Source of the DNA: Alphaproteobacteria bacterium
Lineage (GTDB): Bacteria; Pseudomonadota; Alphaproteobacteria; GCA-2731375
DNA: 64,000 nucleotides
Assembly: GCA_965232515.1 (NCBI GenBank)
Contig: CBDDPY010000002.1
Span: 3,392,001 to 3,456,000 of the forward strand
Direction: 5' to 3'
Made by a program: the position numbers and the translations under genes. Each line of letters opens with the position of its first letter. Position 1 is the first letter of the stretch. The notes under the pieces were generated by a model. It was not told the DNA's origin and ran no database searches. It was given only the letters and a program-made list of their open reading frames with translations. Below, piece after piece: positions 18,805 through 28,637 of the stretch.

Positions 18805-20595
18805 TCAGGCCATGGTGACGCGGTCGAGCTCGACGAGGCCGGGAATGCGGCTGATCGCCGGATAGTCGACCGATTTGCTGTGCACCAGGATCGAGATCGG
18901 GTGGAACAGGAAGGCGCAGGCAACCTTCTCAGACGTGATGCGGTTCGCCTCCTGCACCATCGCCTTGCGCTTCTCGGGATTGGTCTCGAGCCGCTGCTTA
19001 TCGATCAGCTCGTCGGCCCGCCTTTCGGAGAAATAGCCGAAGGCCATCTTTTCCTTGTCGCGCTTCAGGCCATTGAACTTGGAGTCCGTCTGCATCCAGT
19101 CGACGATGGCGTCGTCGGGATCGAAATCGCCGCCGCTGCCGAGCCGCGCGAGATCGAAGTTCATCTTCAGATAGTCGTCGAGCACGACCGGGCCATCCTT
19201 GGTTTCGAGCTCGACCTCGATGTTGAGGTTGCGCCTGAGGATGCCGGCGACGACCTGGGACTCGCGCCGGTTCGGCGGCGAGTGCAGCAGCTTCAGCTTG
19301 GGGAAGCCCTCGCCGTTCGGATAACCGGCGTCGGCCAGCAGCTGCTTCGCCACTTCGAGCTCGTAGCGTTGCGGGCTGTCTTTCTCGAGGTCCGGATCGA
19401 AATAGAAGCCCATGGCCGGGTTGACGGAACCGAAGGCCGGGATGCCGCGGCCGAACCGGGCCTGCTTGATATAGCGGTCGCGGTCGAGCGCCTTGGCGAT
19501 GGCGAGCCGCACCTTGAAGCCCTTCTCCTTCATCAGCTCCGCGACCGGCTTGTTGAAGTCAGGCACGCGGAACGGATCGCGCCAGGGATTCATCCACACG
19601 GCCTGGAAGCCGGGATCGGGCGTATCGTTGACGACGAGGTCGGGATTGGCCTCGAAGCGGTCGATCAGTTCGGGCGCCGGCGCGTTGCCGCCGATCAGCT
19701 GCACGTCGCCGGCCTCGATCGCGGCCGCCAAGGGCTCGGGGTCGGAGATCGGCGTGATCGTAACCTTGTCGAGCATTGGCCGTTCGGGGTCGTAGTAGTT
19801 CTCGTTGCGCTCGAGCACGACGCCCTGGCCAAGCTGATGGAACGTGATCTTGAACGGCCCGGTGCCGACCGGCGTGAGGCCATATTGCGGATCGCCCATG
19901 GCCTTCAGCGCGCCGCGGCTGACGATGGTCATGGCGCGGCCACTGGAGCGTTCCAGCGTCTTCACCAGGAACGAGGCCTGCGGCGCTTTCAGCGCGATCT
20001 TCACCTTGTAGTCGCCCATCGCCTCGATGCCGGCGACGTTGGCGACGACGCGGGAATGGATCGACTGTTTCGGATCGCTGGAGCGGTTGTAGGTGAAGAC
20101 CACGTCCTCGGCGGTAAACGGATCGCCGTTGTGGAAGGTGACGCCTTCGCGCAGGTTGAAGGTCCATTCCTTGCCGTCGTCGGACACCGACCATTCGGTG
20201 GCAAGATCGCCTTCCGCGACGAGATCGGCGTTGATGTGCGTGAGTCCGCTCAACGCATTCGAGGTGATCTGGAACTGCAGCACCTGGTTCATGCGGGCCG
20301 GATCCAGCGTGACAATCTCGTTGGCGCCGGCCCAGGCCGCACGCAGATGGCCGCCGCGCTTCGCGGCCATGGCCGGCCGGGCGCCGATGCCAGTCATGAG
20401 ATGAGCGGCGGTGAGCGTGCCCGCCGCCGCCATCAGCCGCAGCACGGTCCGGCGCTCGAGGCGCGGGCCGGAAAGCGCGGCCCGGTCGAGGCCGAACAGC
20501 GGGTCCCGCGGGTCGAAGTCGTAGGCCTGTTCAAGCTCACGACGTACGCGGTCCTCAGACGATACAGGTAAGGGTGTCGTTGTTTTCCTGGTCAT
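18805..20595 (-). CDS. Peptide ABC transporter substrate-binding protein (family 5), probable Tat substrate
   Basis: ERRTVL twin-arginine-like motif; LREGVTFHNGDPFTAEDV, PVGTGPF. Confidence 0.93.
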   Translation of the reverse strand: MTRKTTTPLPVSSEDRVRRELEQAYDFDPRDPLFGLDRAALSGPRLERRTVLRLMAAAGTLTAAHLMTGIGARPAMAAKRGGHLRAAWAGANEIVTLDPARMNQVLQFQITSNALSGLTHINADLVAEGDLATEWSVSDDGKEWTFNLREGVTFHNGDPFTAEDVVFTYNRSSDPKQSIHSRVVANVAGIEAMGDYKVKIALKAPQASFLVKTLERSSGRAMTIVSRGALKAMGDPQYGLTPVGTGPFKITFHQLGQGVVLERNENYYDPERPMLDKVTITPISDPEPLAAAIEAGDVQLIGGNAPAPELIDRFEANPDLVVNDTPDPGFQAVWMNPWRDPFRVPDFNKPVAELMKEKGFKVRLAIAKALDRDRYIKQARFGRGIPAFGSVNPAMGFYFDPDLEKDSPQRYELEVAKQLLADAGYPNGEGFPKLKLLHSPPNRRESQVVAGILRRNLNIEVELETKDGPVVLDDYLKMNFDLARLGSGGDFDPDDAIVDWMQTDSKFNGLKRDKEKMAFGYFSERRADELIDKQRLETNPEKRKAMVQEANRITSEKVACAFLFHPISILVHSKSVDYPAISRIPGLVELDRVTMA

Positions 20596-20666
20596 CTTTC
20601 GCCTCCCATCGGCAATTGTGGTTGCAGGATCGTTGCGGGTTCTGGCGCCCCCCGGCGCCGGTACTG

Positions 20667-21677
20667 TCAGGAACCAATCTCCGTGCAGGCGGCCCAGTGG
20701 CCGTCGGCGACCTCGCGCAGCGGCGGCGGGTCGCGCCGGCAGCCGGCGACGGCGATCGGGCAGCGCGGGTTAAAGACGCAACCCGGCGGCGGATCCATCG
20801 GGCTCGGCACCTCGCCGCCGATGACCTGCTGCGGCCGGGTCGCCTCGATGTCGGGATCGGGCACCGGCACGGCGGCCAGCAGGGCTTTCGTATAGGGATG
20901 CTGGGGGTTGTCGAACAGCGCGTCGCATTCGGCGATCTCGACGACTTTGCCGAGATACATGACCGCGACCCGATGACAGAGATGGCGGATCACGCTGAGG
21001 TCGTGTCCGATGAACAAGTACGTCAGGCCGAACTCGGCGCGCAGCGCCTCCAGCAAGCTGATGATCTGGGCCTGGATCGAGACGTCGAGCGCCGAGACCG
21101 CCTCATCGCAGACGATGAAGTCCGGGTTCAATGCCAGCGCCCGGGCGATGCCGACCCGCTGCCGCTGGCCGCCGCTGAGCTCGTGCGGGTAGCGCTCGGC
21201 GAAGCCGGCGGCGAGACCGCAGACGTCGAGCAGCTCGCGCACGCGGCCATCGATGGCGCCGCGCTCACTCGCGTCCCAATGGATGTAGAGCGGCTCGCCG
21301 ATGATCTCGCCCACCTTCATGCGCGGGTTCAGCGAGCTGTAGGGGTCCTGGAAGATCGCCTGGACGCGGCGGCGGAAGCCCCTGACGCCGTCGCCGTCGA
21401 GCGCGGCGATGTCGTCACCGGCGAACCGGATCACGCCGCCGGTCGGTTCTTCGAGCTTGAGGATGCAGCGGCTGATCGTCGTCTTGCCGCAGCCGGATTC
21501 GCCAACGAGCCCCAGCGTCTCGCCGCGCGCGATGGTAAAGCTGACACCATCGACGGCCTTGACCTGTCCGACGACGCGCTCGAACAGCATACCCTTGGTG
21601 ACGGGGAAGTATTTCTGCAGCCCGTCCAGTTCGAGGAGGGACTCGGCGGAACCGGATGCATGTGTCGACTGCAGCAT
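20667..21677 (-). CDS. Peptide ABC transporter ATP-binding protein (DppF-like)
   Basis: [38 protein letters not shown]. Confidence 0.95.
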   Translation of the reverse strand: MLQSTHASGSAESLLELDGLQKYFPVTKGMLFERVVGQVKAVDGVSFTIARGETLGLVGESGCGKTTISRCILKLEEPTGGVIRFAGDDIAALDGDGVRGFRRRVQAIFQDPYSSLNPRMKVGEIIGEPLYIHWDASERGAIDGRVRELLDVCGLAAGFAERYPHELSGGQRQRVGIARALALNPDFIVCDEAVSALDVSIQAQIISLLEALRAEFGLTYLFIGHDLSVIRHLCHRVAVMYLGKVVEIAECDALFDNPQHPYTKALLAAVPVPDPDIEATRPQQVIGGEVPSPMDPPPGCVFNPRCPIAVAGCRRDPPPLREVADGHWAACTEIGS

Positions 21678-21691
21678 GGTTCCGCGCGCCC

Positions 21692-22726
21692 TCAGGCCGG
21701 CGTTACCGACGGCAGCGCCGCGATCTGCCAGCAGGCGGAATCGTGACCGCCGCCGACATGGTGCAGGGGCGGCACCTCTTCGCCGCACTGCGCGGTGGCG
21801 AACCGACAGCGCGGCCGAAAGGCGCAGCCGACAATGTCCGCGGTCAGATCCGGCGGATTGCCCGGGATCGGATCGAGCGCAGCGCCGCGCGGGCGGTCAA
21901 GCCGCGGCACCGATTCCAAAAGACCGATCGTGTAGGGGTGGCTGGGGTGGCGGTAGATCTCGCGCGCCGGCCCCTGCTCGATGATGCGGCCGGCATACAT
22001 CACGTTCACCCGGTGGGTGTAGCGGGCGACGATGCCGAGATTGTGCGTGATGATGATCAGCGCAACGCCGAGCCGCCGGCAGAGGTCCTGCATCAGCGCC
22101 AGGATCTGCGCCTGGATTGTCACATCCAACGCAGTGGTCGGCTCGTCGGCGATGATCAGCGCCGGCTCGCAGCTCAGGGCCATGGCGATCATCACCCGCT
22201 GGCGCATGCCGCCGCTGAGGTGATGCGGATATTGCGTCAGCCGCCGCGCGGGATCGGAGATCCCGACCATGGTCAGCAGCTCGATCGCACGCTCGCGGGC
22301 CGCCGATGCCGAGAGGCCCAGATGCAGGCGCATGGTTTCGGTGAGCTGCCGGCCGATCGACAGCACCGGGTTCAACGAGGTCATCGGCTCCTGGAAGATC
22401 ATGGCAATCTGCCGGCCGCGGATGTGGCGGATGCCGTCCTCGTCGAGCTGCAGGAGATCGGTGCCGCGGAAATGCGCCGTGCCGCCGACGATGCGGCCGG
22501 GCGGCTGCGGCACCAGGCCGAGAGTCGCCAGCGCGCTGACCGATTTGCCGCTGCCGGATTCGCCGACCACGGCGACGATCTCGCCGGGCGAGACGCTGTA
22601 GGAAACGCCGTTGACGGCGCGAACGATGCCGATCGGCGTGCGGAACTCGACCGTCAGGTCGCGGATCTGCAGCAGCTCGTGCCGCGCCGCGTCGTCGACG
22701 GGCTGGACGACCCCCGGTTCGGCCAT
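21692..22726 (-). CDS. Peptide ABC transporter ATP-binding protein (DppD-like)
   Basis: [25 protein letters not shown]. Confidence 0.95.
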   Translation of the reverse strand: MAEPGVVQPVDDAARHELLQIRDLTVEFRTPIGIVRAVNGVSYSVSPGEIVAVVGESGSGKSVSALATLGLVPQPPGRIVGGTAHFRGTDLLQLDEDGIRHIRGRQIAMIFQEPMTSLNPVLSIGRQLTETMRLHLGLSASAARERAIELLTMVGISDPARRLTQYPHHLSGGMRQRVMIAMALSCEPALIIADEPTTALDVTIQAQILALMQDLCRRLGVALIIITHNLGIVARYTHRVNVMYAGRIIEQGPAREIYRHPSHPYTIGLLESVPRLDRPRGAALDPIPGNPPDLTADIVGCAFRPRCRFATAQCGEEVPPLHHVGGGHDSACWQIAALPSVTPA

Positions 22727-22850
22727 CCGTCAGCGCCTCCGGCGATCGCTATCGCGGCGGCGCGTCTGCTCGGCCGCCCGTTCAGGCAATAGGTTCGCGG
22801 TCCCCGACAAGAGGGTCGTTGCCACCTCCACCGTTGCATCGCCTGAGGCG

Positions 22851-22880
22851 ATCATTATCATTATCGATAACGATAATGAT
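22851..22880. promoter_or_regulatory. 30-bp AT-rich palindromic operator between the dpp-amidase operon and GntR
   Basis: ATCATTATCATTATCGATAACGATAATGAT is a near-perfect palindrome centred on TTATCGATAA. Confidence 0.7.
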
Positions 22881-22905
22881 TCGTGGTCTGGAAGCGCCTG
22901 TCAAT

Positions 22906-23655
22906 ATGTTGAAGCTATCGCCAGCCCTGGCGGAGGCTCAAACGCCGCTGCTGCGCGTGCGCAAGAGCAACGCCGTCTACCACGCGCTGAAGCGGTCGAT
23001 CCTGCTGCGCGAAGCGCTGCCGGGTGCGGCGATCGTCGAGCAGCACATCGCCCAACAGATGGGCTGCAGCCAGGGCACGGTGCGCGAGGCGCTGCTGCGC
23101 CTGCAGGAGGACGGCCTGGTGGCGCGGCGCGGCTATCAGGGCACTGTTGTGTCGACGACCTCGCCGGCCGAGGCGGCGCAGATGGCCCGCATCCGTATCG
23201 ATCTGGAGACGGACGGCATCCGCCTCGCCGCGGCGGCGATGCCGGTGGCCGATATCGAGGCGCTCAACGATCTGATCGCGCGCATGGAAGCGGCGCAGGC
23301 GATCGGCGATCACTATCAGTCGAGCGAGCTCGATCGGGAGTTCCACCTGACGATCTTCCAGGCCTCGGGACTGACGGCGCTGGAACCGATCCTGACGCGC
23401 TGCGCGCTGCACATGCACCGCTACACCTTCGGCAACGAGGACAAGGAGGAGACCGGCGCCACGGCTGGCGATCAGCACCGCGACATCCTGAAAGCGTTGG
23501 AGAACCGCGACGCCGACGCCGCCGCGCAGATCCTGGAAGCCCATATCATGGCGGTGATCGATTTCTGGTCACCGACCCTGCGCCGCGCCATGGACGGCGA
23601 CGGCGCGCAGGTTCCGGTCGCGCCAGCGTCGGAGATCCGGACGACGGCCGACTAG
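22906..23655 (+). CDS. GntR/FCD family transcriptional regulator
   Basis: IAQQMGCSQGTVREALLRLQEDGLV HTH; DREFH, QH..IL.AL and HI FCD motifs. Confidence 0.92.
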   Translation: MLKLSPALAEAQTPLLRVRKSNAVYHALKRSILLREALPGAAIVEQHIAQQMGCSQGTVREALLRLQEDGLVARRGYQGTVVSTTSPAEAAQMARIRIDLETDGIRLAAAAMPVADIEALNDLIARMEAAQAIGDHYQSSELDREFHLTIFQASGLTALEPILTRCALHMHRYTFGNEDKEETGATAGDQHRDILKALENRDADAAAQILEAHIMAVIDFWSPTLRRAMDGDGAQVPVAPASEIRTTAD

Positions 23656-23758
23656 CAAGCACCGACAGTTCGGGCACGGCGGCGCAGTACGACGGGCGCG
23701 ACTTGTACGGCGCCCGCGCGACGCGATCGCCCCCGGCCACTTCGTGCAGCCGGCGATC

Positions 23759-23856
23759 TAGGGGTCAGGCCATCTAGGGGTCAGGGAAATGAGGTTGGTT
23801 GCCAGCCATGATATGGAACCGCGGCCGTCCTCATTTGGTCCATGACCTGACCCCTA
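23759..23856. repeat. Palindromic REP/MITE-like element, copy 1 (degenerate, duplicated left end)
   Basis: TAGGGGTCAG occurs twice, then AAATGAGGTTGGTTGCCAGCC ... CCTCATTT ... GACCTGACCCCTA. Confidence 0.75.
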
Positions 23857-23945
23857 ATCCTTTGATCTTGAAGATTGTTTTATTTTGGCCCTATTCTTGC
23901 GCCAGTTTTCATCGGCAGATGGGCCTTATTCCAACAGGGGGGACT

Positions 23946-24536
23946 ATGCTCAGGACACTCATCATCGCGGCGGCACTGACGCTCGTTTTGCCGCAGACGG
24001 CGAAAGCCGCGCCCGTGCTCGACGTCAGCCCATCGGGCTTCTTGCTCGGCGCCACTGGGGTCGATGTTGGCGGCACACTGTTCGACGTCGAGTTTATCGG
24101 TGGAACCTGCATTTCCCGGTTCAGCGGTTGCGACAATGCGGCCGATGATTTCGCCTTCACGACGGAAGCGGACGCCGTGGTGGCGGCCTCGGCCTTGCTC
24201 GACAGCGTGCTGTTAGACGGCCCGCTCGGTGACTTCGACAGCGACGCGGGGCTGACAAGAAGCTGTGGACCCTCCTGCGACATTTTCGTGCCGTTCGCAA
24301 CCGACGGCATCGAGTTTACCGCCATCGTCGCGTCGAACGACGATGACGAGGCCGATGATGAAGTCAGCTCGTCGCCCGCGTCTTTGCCGATTGACTTGAA
24401 CCTGGACCTTATTGAGATCGCCACCTTTGCCGTCTTCACCCCTAGCGAAGCCGTAGAGGTGCCCGCGCCGGCGTCCTTGGGTCTGCTTGCCGTCGGCCTC
24501 GCCGGTCTCGGCCTCGCCCGGCGGCGGCGCGGCTGA
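23946..24536 (+). CDS. Secreted acidic protein with a PEP-CTERM-type (VPAP) sorting signal
   Basis: Signal peptide ending AKA; C-terminus VPAPASLGLLAVGLAGLGLARRRRG (motif, TM helix, Arg cluster). Confidence 0.88.
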   Translation: MLRTLIIAAALTLVLPQTAKAAPVLDVSPSGFLLGATGVDVGGTLFDVEFIGGTCISRFSGCDNAADDFAFTTEADAVVAASALLDSVLLDGPLGDFDSDAGLTRSCGPSCDIFVPFATDGIEFTAIVASNDDDEADDEVSSSPASLPIDLNLDLIEIATFAVFTPSEAVEVPAPASLGLLAVGLAGLGLARRRRG

Positions 24537-24550
24537 GAGGTTTTTGCATA

Positions 24551-24640
24551 TAGGAGTCAGGTCTTGGATTAAATGAGGTTGGTTGCCAGCCGCGATATGG
24601 AATCGCGGCCAACCTCATTTAATCCAAGACATGACTCCTA
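24551..24640. repeat. Palindromic REP/MITE-like element, copy 2 (near-perfect long hairpin)
   Basis: TAGGAGTCAGGTCTTGGATTAAATGAGGTTGG ... CCAACCTCATTTAATCCAAGACATGACTCCTA with an inner CCGCGAT/ATCGCGG stem. Confidence 0.85.
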
Positions 24641-26233
24641 ATCCTTCAAGGCGAAGATGGTCACCTTGGCCGTGCTTGCACGGAGCCACCAGAATCGCGC
24701 CGCCGCGCCCGAGGTCACGGCCAGGTACTGCCGGCCGTCGATCGCATAGGTAACGACGCCGCCGGCGAGCGGCGCGCCAAGGTCGTGCCGATAGAGCACC
24801 CTGCCGTCACGGGCGTCGAGCGCCAGAACATGACCCGTCAGTTCGCCGGTGAAGATCAGGTCGGCCGAGGTGGCGACGATACCGGCCAGCATCGGGCGAT
24901 CCGAGCGATAGCGCCAGCGGATGGCGCCGGTCGCGGCGTCGATCGCGGTGAGCCAGCCATGCGCATCCGCCAAGGGATCGGGGCGGAAGCCGCCGCCCAT
25001 ATAAACCTCGCCCGGCCGGTAGAAGACATCGACATGCTTGTTATAGGTGCCGCACCAATCGACCGACGACACGAACAGCGCATCAAGGCCGGGATTGTAG
25101 GCGGGGCCGTTCCACTGCACGCCACCGAGCACGCCGGGACAGGCATGCACGCCCTCGTGCGTCAGCGCCGCGTCGACATTCTTCTGCGTCGCGACGGGGA
25201 CCTCGTAGACCAGCGCGCCCGATCCGCGGTCGAGCACGCGCAGCACGCCCTCCTTGCCGACGCTGGTCACGAGGTCGCGCGCCTGCCCGTCGATCACGGT
25301 CGAAAACAACGGACTGGCCTGGGTCAGATCCCAGTTATGGATGTCGTGCGGCACGGTCTGATGATGCCAGCGGCGTTCGCCGGTCCGGGCGTCGAGCGCC
25401 AACACGGAATCGGTATAGAGGTTGTCGCCGGGCCGGACCTCGCCGAGGAAATACGGCGCCGGATTGCCGACCGGCACGAAAACCGTGCCCGTGGCGACGT
25501 CGAGCGACAGCGGCGTCCAGATGCCGCCGCCGCCGACAACCCGGTCGGGCGCGTTGCGCCAGGTCTCGGCGCCAGGCTCGCCGGCCGCCGGCACGGTGTT
25601 GAAACGCCAGACCGGTTCGCCGTCGCGCAAACGAAAGGCGCCGACCCAGCCCTTGACGGCGTTCTCGCCGCCGGCCGGGCCGATGATGACCAGATCCTCG
25701 AAGATCACTGGCGCCATGGTCACCCTGGCGCCGGCCGCGACGTCGACGATCTGCCGGTCCCAGATCGGCGCTCCACTCGCCGCGTCGAGCGCCAGCAGGT
25801 AACCGTCGGCGGTGCCGCGCACGAGCCGACCGGCCTTCAAGGCGGCGCCCCGATTCGACGCCCAGCGCCTGTCGGCCTTCAGCGTCCAGAGATGCCGCCA
25901 GCGCTCGGTGCAGGTCGCGGCGTCGAGCGCGACGGTCTCGACAGTCGTCGTCAAGTACATGACGCCGCGGTCGACCAACGGACTGGGGTAGAAGGGATCA
26001 GTGCCGCCGATGTCGATGCGGCAAACCGGCGCCAGGCCGGCGACGTTGTCGCGGTTGACGAGATCGAGAGCGACGAACCGCCGGCCGCCGTAGTCGTGGT
26101 TCGTCAGCAGCCAGTCGGACGAACGGTCGGCCGCGTTCAACTCCGCCTGCGTCGGCCGCGGTTGCGACCAGGCGCCGTTGCAGATCAGCGCACCGAACAA
26201 GCCGGCCAGTACCAACCTCCGCGAACCGTTCAT
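24638..26233 (-). CDS. Periplasmic PQQ-binding beta-propeller dehydrogenase-like protein
   Basis: Signal peptide; repeated ALDA.TG...W docking motifs; GGGGIW, VGNP, GDNLYTDS, CPGVLGGVQW, Y.IDGRQY. Confidence 0.9.
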   Translation of the reverse strand: MNGSRRLVLAGLFGALICNGAWSQPRPTQAELNAADRSSDWLLTNHDYGGRRFVALDLVNRDNVAGLAPVCRIDIGGTDPFYPSPLVDRGVMYLTTTVETVALDAATCTERWRHLWTLKADRRWASNRGAALKAGRLVRGTADGYLLALDAASGAPIWDRQIVDVAAGARVTMAPVIFEDLVIIGPAGGENAVKGWVGAFRLRDGEPVWRFNTVPAAGEPGAETWRNAPDRVVGGGGIWTPLSLDVATGTVFVPVGNPAPYFLGEVRPGDNLYTDSVLALDARTGERRWHHQTVPHDIHNWDLTQASPLFSTVIDGQARDLVTSVGKEGVLRVLDRGSGALVYEVPVATQKNVDAALTHEGVHACPGVLGGVQWNGPAYNPGLDALFVSSVDWCGTYNKHVDVFYRPGEVYMGGGFRPDPLADAHGWLTAIDAATGAIRWRYRSDRPMLAGIVATSADLIFTGELTGHVLALDARDGRVLYRHDLGAPLAGGVVTYAIDGRQYLAVTSGAAARFWWLRASTAKVTIFALKD

Positions 26234-26327
26234 GCATCGCCCTCCCGTCGATCGTGAACGAACCCAATCGTGACATTGGCGCGGTTCAGGTCAATCAGGA
26301 TTGGCAGAACCGAACGGCTCTCGGCCA

Positions 26328-26669
26328 TCACGCATTCTCCAGGTGCAGGGCGAGCCAGAGCGTGGGTCCGTCCGGAGCCGTCATTTCGACGCGATGGCGG
26401 CAATGGGCCGGCAGCAGCAGGCTGTCGCCGGGTGCGAGGTCATGGTCGTGGTGGTCGCCGTCGGCGGCCTCGATACGCAGGCGCGCCGCGCCGGCCAGCA
26501 GCAGGATCCATTCGTCCTGGGTCTGGTCGTACCATTCGCCGGGTGGCGTCGCCTGCCCGCGCGAGACGATGCGTTCGAGGCGCAGGCCCCGGCGCTGCAA
26601 CAACGGCTCGAATACCTCCGCGCCGTCGTCCGGCGGCAGATTGCGCAGGAGGTTGCGGATCTCCGTCAT
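26328..26669 (-). CDS. Cupin domain protein
   Basis: LERIVS.GQATPPGEWYDQ..DEW and PAHCRHRVE. Confidence 0.85.
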   Translation of the reverse strand: MTEIRNLLRNLPPDDGAEVFEPLLQRRGLRLERIVSRGQATPPGEWYDQTQDEWILLLAGAARLRIEAADGDHHDHDLAPGDSLLLPAHCRHRVEMTAPDGPTLWLALHLENA

Positions 26670-26689
26670 GGCGCGACCCGGCGGCGTGC

Positions 26690-27742
26690 CTAGTCTTCCA
26701 GCACATCGTGGGCGTAGGCGAACAGCGCAGGCGTGCCGCCGGTGTGCAGGAAGATCACGGTGTCGTCCTTTGTCAGACGGCCGGTCTTCACATGGTCGAT
26801 CAGGCCGGCCATGGCCTTGGACGAATAGACCGGATCGAGGAAGACGCCCTCGGTCCGGGCCAGCAGGCGCAACGCCGCTCGCGATTCCGGCGTGACGATG
26901 CCGTAGCCCGGGCCGATATAGCCGTCATGATTGTCGATATCGCCGGGCTCGACGGTCAGATCGAGGCCGAGGCGGTCGGCGCAGCCCCGGGCGATGCGGG
27001 CGATGTCGACGGCGCGGTCTTCGTCCCACTTGATCGGCGCGACATTGACCAGGCGCGCGGACGGGCGCAACGCCTTCAGGCCCAGCGCCAGGCCGGCAGG
27101 CGTCATGTTGGCGCCGGATGTATAGACATGGGTCGGGTCGATGCCGGCGGCCGCGCATTGCCCGTCAAGTTCGACCGCGGCGTTGACATAGCCGACGGCG
27201 GACAGCGACAGCATCGGCAGGTCGAAGGGCGCGACGACATAGGGCTTGGCGCCGGCGGCGGCCAGGATCTCGGCCTTCTCGGCGAGCCGCAGCGGCAGCT
27301 TCTGGATGTCGTCCTCGTCGACGACCTCGACCGAAGCGCCCATCAGGTGGTCGAGCAGCAGGTTGCCCTGCAGCACGCCGCCCTTCTGTCCGTGCAGCAG
27401 CACCAATGACGCCTTCAGGCCGAGCTTGCAGGCCGCCGCCGTCATCTGCCGGCACCAGTTCGATTGCGTATAGGCACCGGCGACGATGGTGTCGGCGCCC
27501 TTGGCCTTGATGTCGGCGAACAGGAATTCGAGCTGGCGCGTCTTGTTGCCGCCAAAAGCGAGACCGGTGAGGTCGTCGCGCTTGAGCCAGATCTGCGGGC
27601 CGCCCAGTTCCGCCGTGAAGCGCGAGCAGTGATCGAGCGGCGTCGGCAGGTGCGCCAACGGAATGCGCTCGATCGTGGCGATACGGGCCGCCACGTCGTC
27701 GGCGGTGAAGGTTGGCTCGTTGCGGGTCTCGGCGATGGTCAT
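26690..27742 (-). CDS. D-cysteine desulfhydrase / cysteate sulfo-lyase family PLP enzyme
   Basis: KRDDLTGLAFGGNKTRQLE, QSN, LDPVYSSK, HTGG. Confidence 0.88.
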   Translation of the reverse strand: MTIAETRNEPTFTADDVAARIATIERIPLAHLPTPLDHCSRFTAELGGPQIWLKRDDLTGLAFGGNKTRQLEFLFADIKAKGADTIVAGAYTQSNWCRQMTAAACKLGLKASLVLLHGQKGGVLQGNLLLDHLMGASVEVVDEDDIQKLPLRLAEKAEILAAAGAKPYVVAPFDLPMLSLSAVGYVNAAVELDGQCAAAGIDPTHVYTSGANMTPAGLALGLKALRPSARLVNVAPIKWDEDRAVDIARIARGCADRLGLDLTVEPGDIDNHDGYIGPGYGIVTPESRAALRLLARTEGVFLDPVYSSKAMAGLIDHVKTGRLTKDDTVIFLHTGGTPALFAYAHDVLED

Positions 27743-27746
27743 GGCG

Positions 27747-28535
27747 TCACTCCGAAAGGCGGTATTGCGTGGGCGTGCCCTGGTCGGGGCCGGTGATGGC
27801 GTAGCCGCCGTCGACGGGCAGGTCGATGCCGGTGACGAAGCGGGCGTTGTCGGACAACAGGAACAGCACGGCCGCCGCCACTTCCTCGGCATCGGCGACG
27901 CGGCCGAGCGGGTGGTAGTCGGCCGCGATCCGGTCGGCCTTGGCGCGGTCGCCGCCGGCGGCGTCGATGATCGGCGTGGTCCAGGTCCAGGCCGGTGAGA
28001 CCAGGTTCACGCGGATCCGGTCGGCCGAATAATGCATGGCCTGATTGCGGGTGACCTGGCGGATCGCGGCCTTGGTGGCAGGATAGATGCCGCGGCCGCG
28101 CTGGCCGAACTTGGCGGCGATGGAGCTGAAGTTCACTACCGCGCCGCCGCCCCGCTGACGCATGGCCGGGGCCGCGGCCTCGACCATGTGGGCCGGGCCG
28201 ACGATGTTGCAGTCGAAGCCGGCGAGCCAGCGCTCGCGCGTGGAGTCGAGGCCGTCGTCCTTGAACACAACGGCGCCGTTCACCAGGCCGTCGATGCCGC
28301 CGAAGGCGGCCTCGGCGCGGCCGACGCAGGCGGCGATGGCGGCATCGTCGGTGACATCCGTCGCCATAAACTCGCCGGCGTCGGCGAGCTCGGTCGCGAG
28401 CGCCTCGCCGGCCTCCACGTCAATATCGGCGATCAGCGCCCGGCCGCCGGCGGCCACCAGGCCGCGCGCCGTCGCCGCGCCGATGCCCTTGGCGCCGCCG
28501 GTGATGATCGCGACCTTGCCGGTCAAGCCGTCCAT
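27747..28535 (-). CDS. SDR family oxidoreductase
   Basis: TGGAKGIG, YPATK (YxxxK), VTG..LPVDGG; GAGG RBS. Confidence 0.93.
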   Translation of the reverse strand: MDGLTGKVAIITGGAKGIGAATARGLVAAGGRALIADIDVEAGEALATELADAGEFMATDVTDDAAIAACVGRAEAAFGGIDGLVNGAVVFKDDGLDSTRERWLAGFDCNIVGPAHMVEAAAPAMRQRGGGAVVNFSSIAAKFGQRGRGIYPATKAAIRQVTRNQAMHYSADRIRVNLVSPAWTWTTPIIDAAGGDRAKADRIAADYHPLGRVADAEEVAAAVLFLLSDNARFVTGIDLPVDGGYAITGPDQGTPTQYRLSE

Positions 28536-28589
28536 ATCCGTTCCCTCCTCCCGTGTAGCGCTCGGCGCGAAAAGCATACACAATTTCAG

Positions 28590-28637
28590 ACGCGCGGCCG
28601 CTTCCCATGAAGTGGAAAGCGGCCGCGCGTTTGTTTT
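28590..28637 (+). terminator. Strong hairpin with a T-rich tail in a divergent intergenic region
   Basis: ACGCGCGGCCGCTT (28590-28603) and AAGCGGCCGCGCGT (28617-28630), followed by TTGTTTT. Confidence 0.45.

Noticed and set aside
23759-24640. CRISPR array
   Set aside because: Only two ~90-bp copies separated by a whole gene; no repeat-spacer periodicity and no cas genes in the window.
26690-27742. ACC deaminase (acdS)
   Set aside because: It has DPVYS and HTGG rather than the DPVYE and HLGG residues diagnostic of true ACC deaminases.
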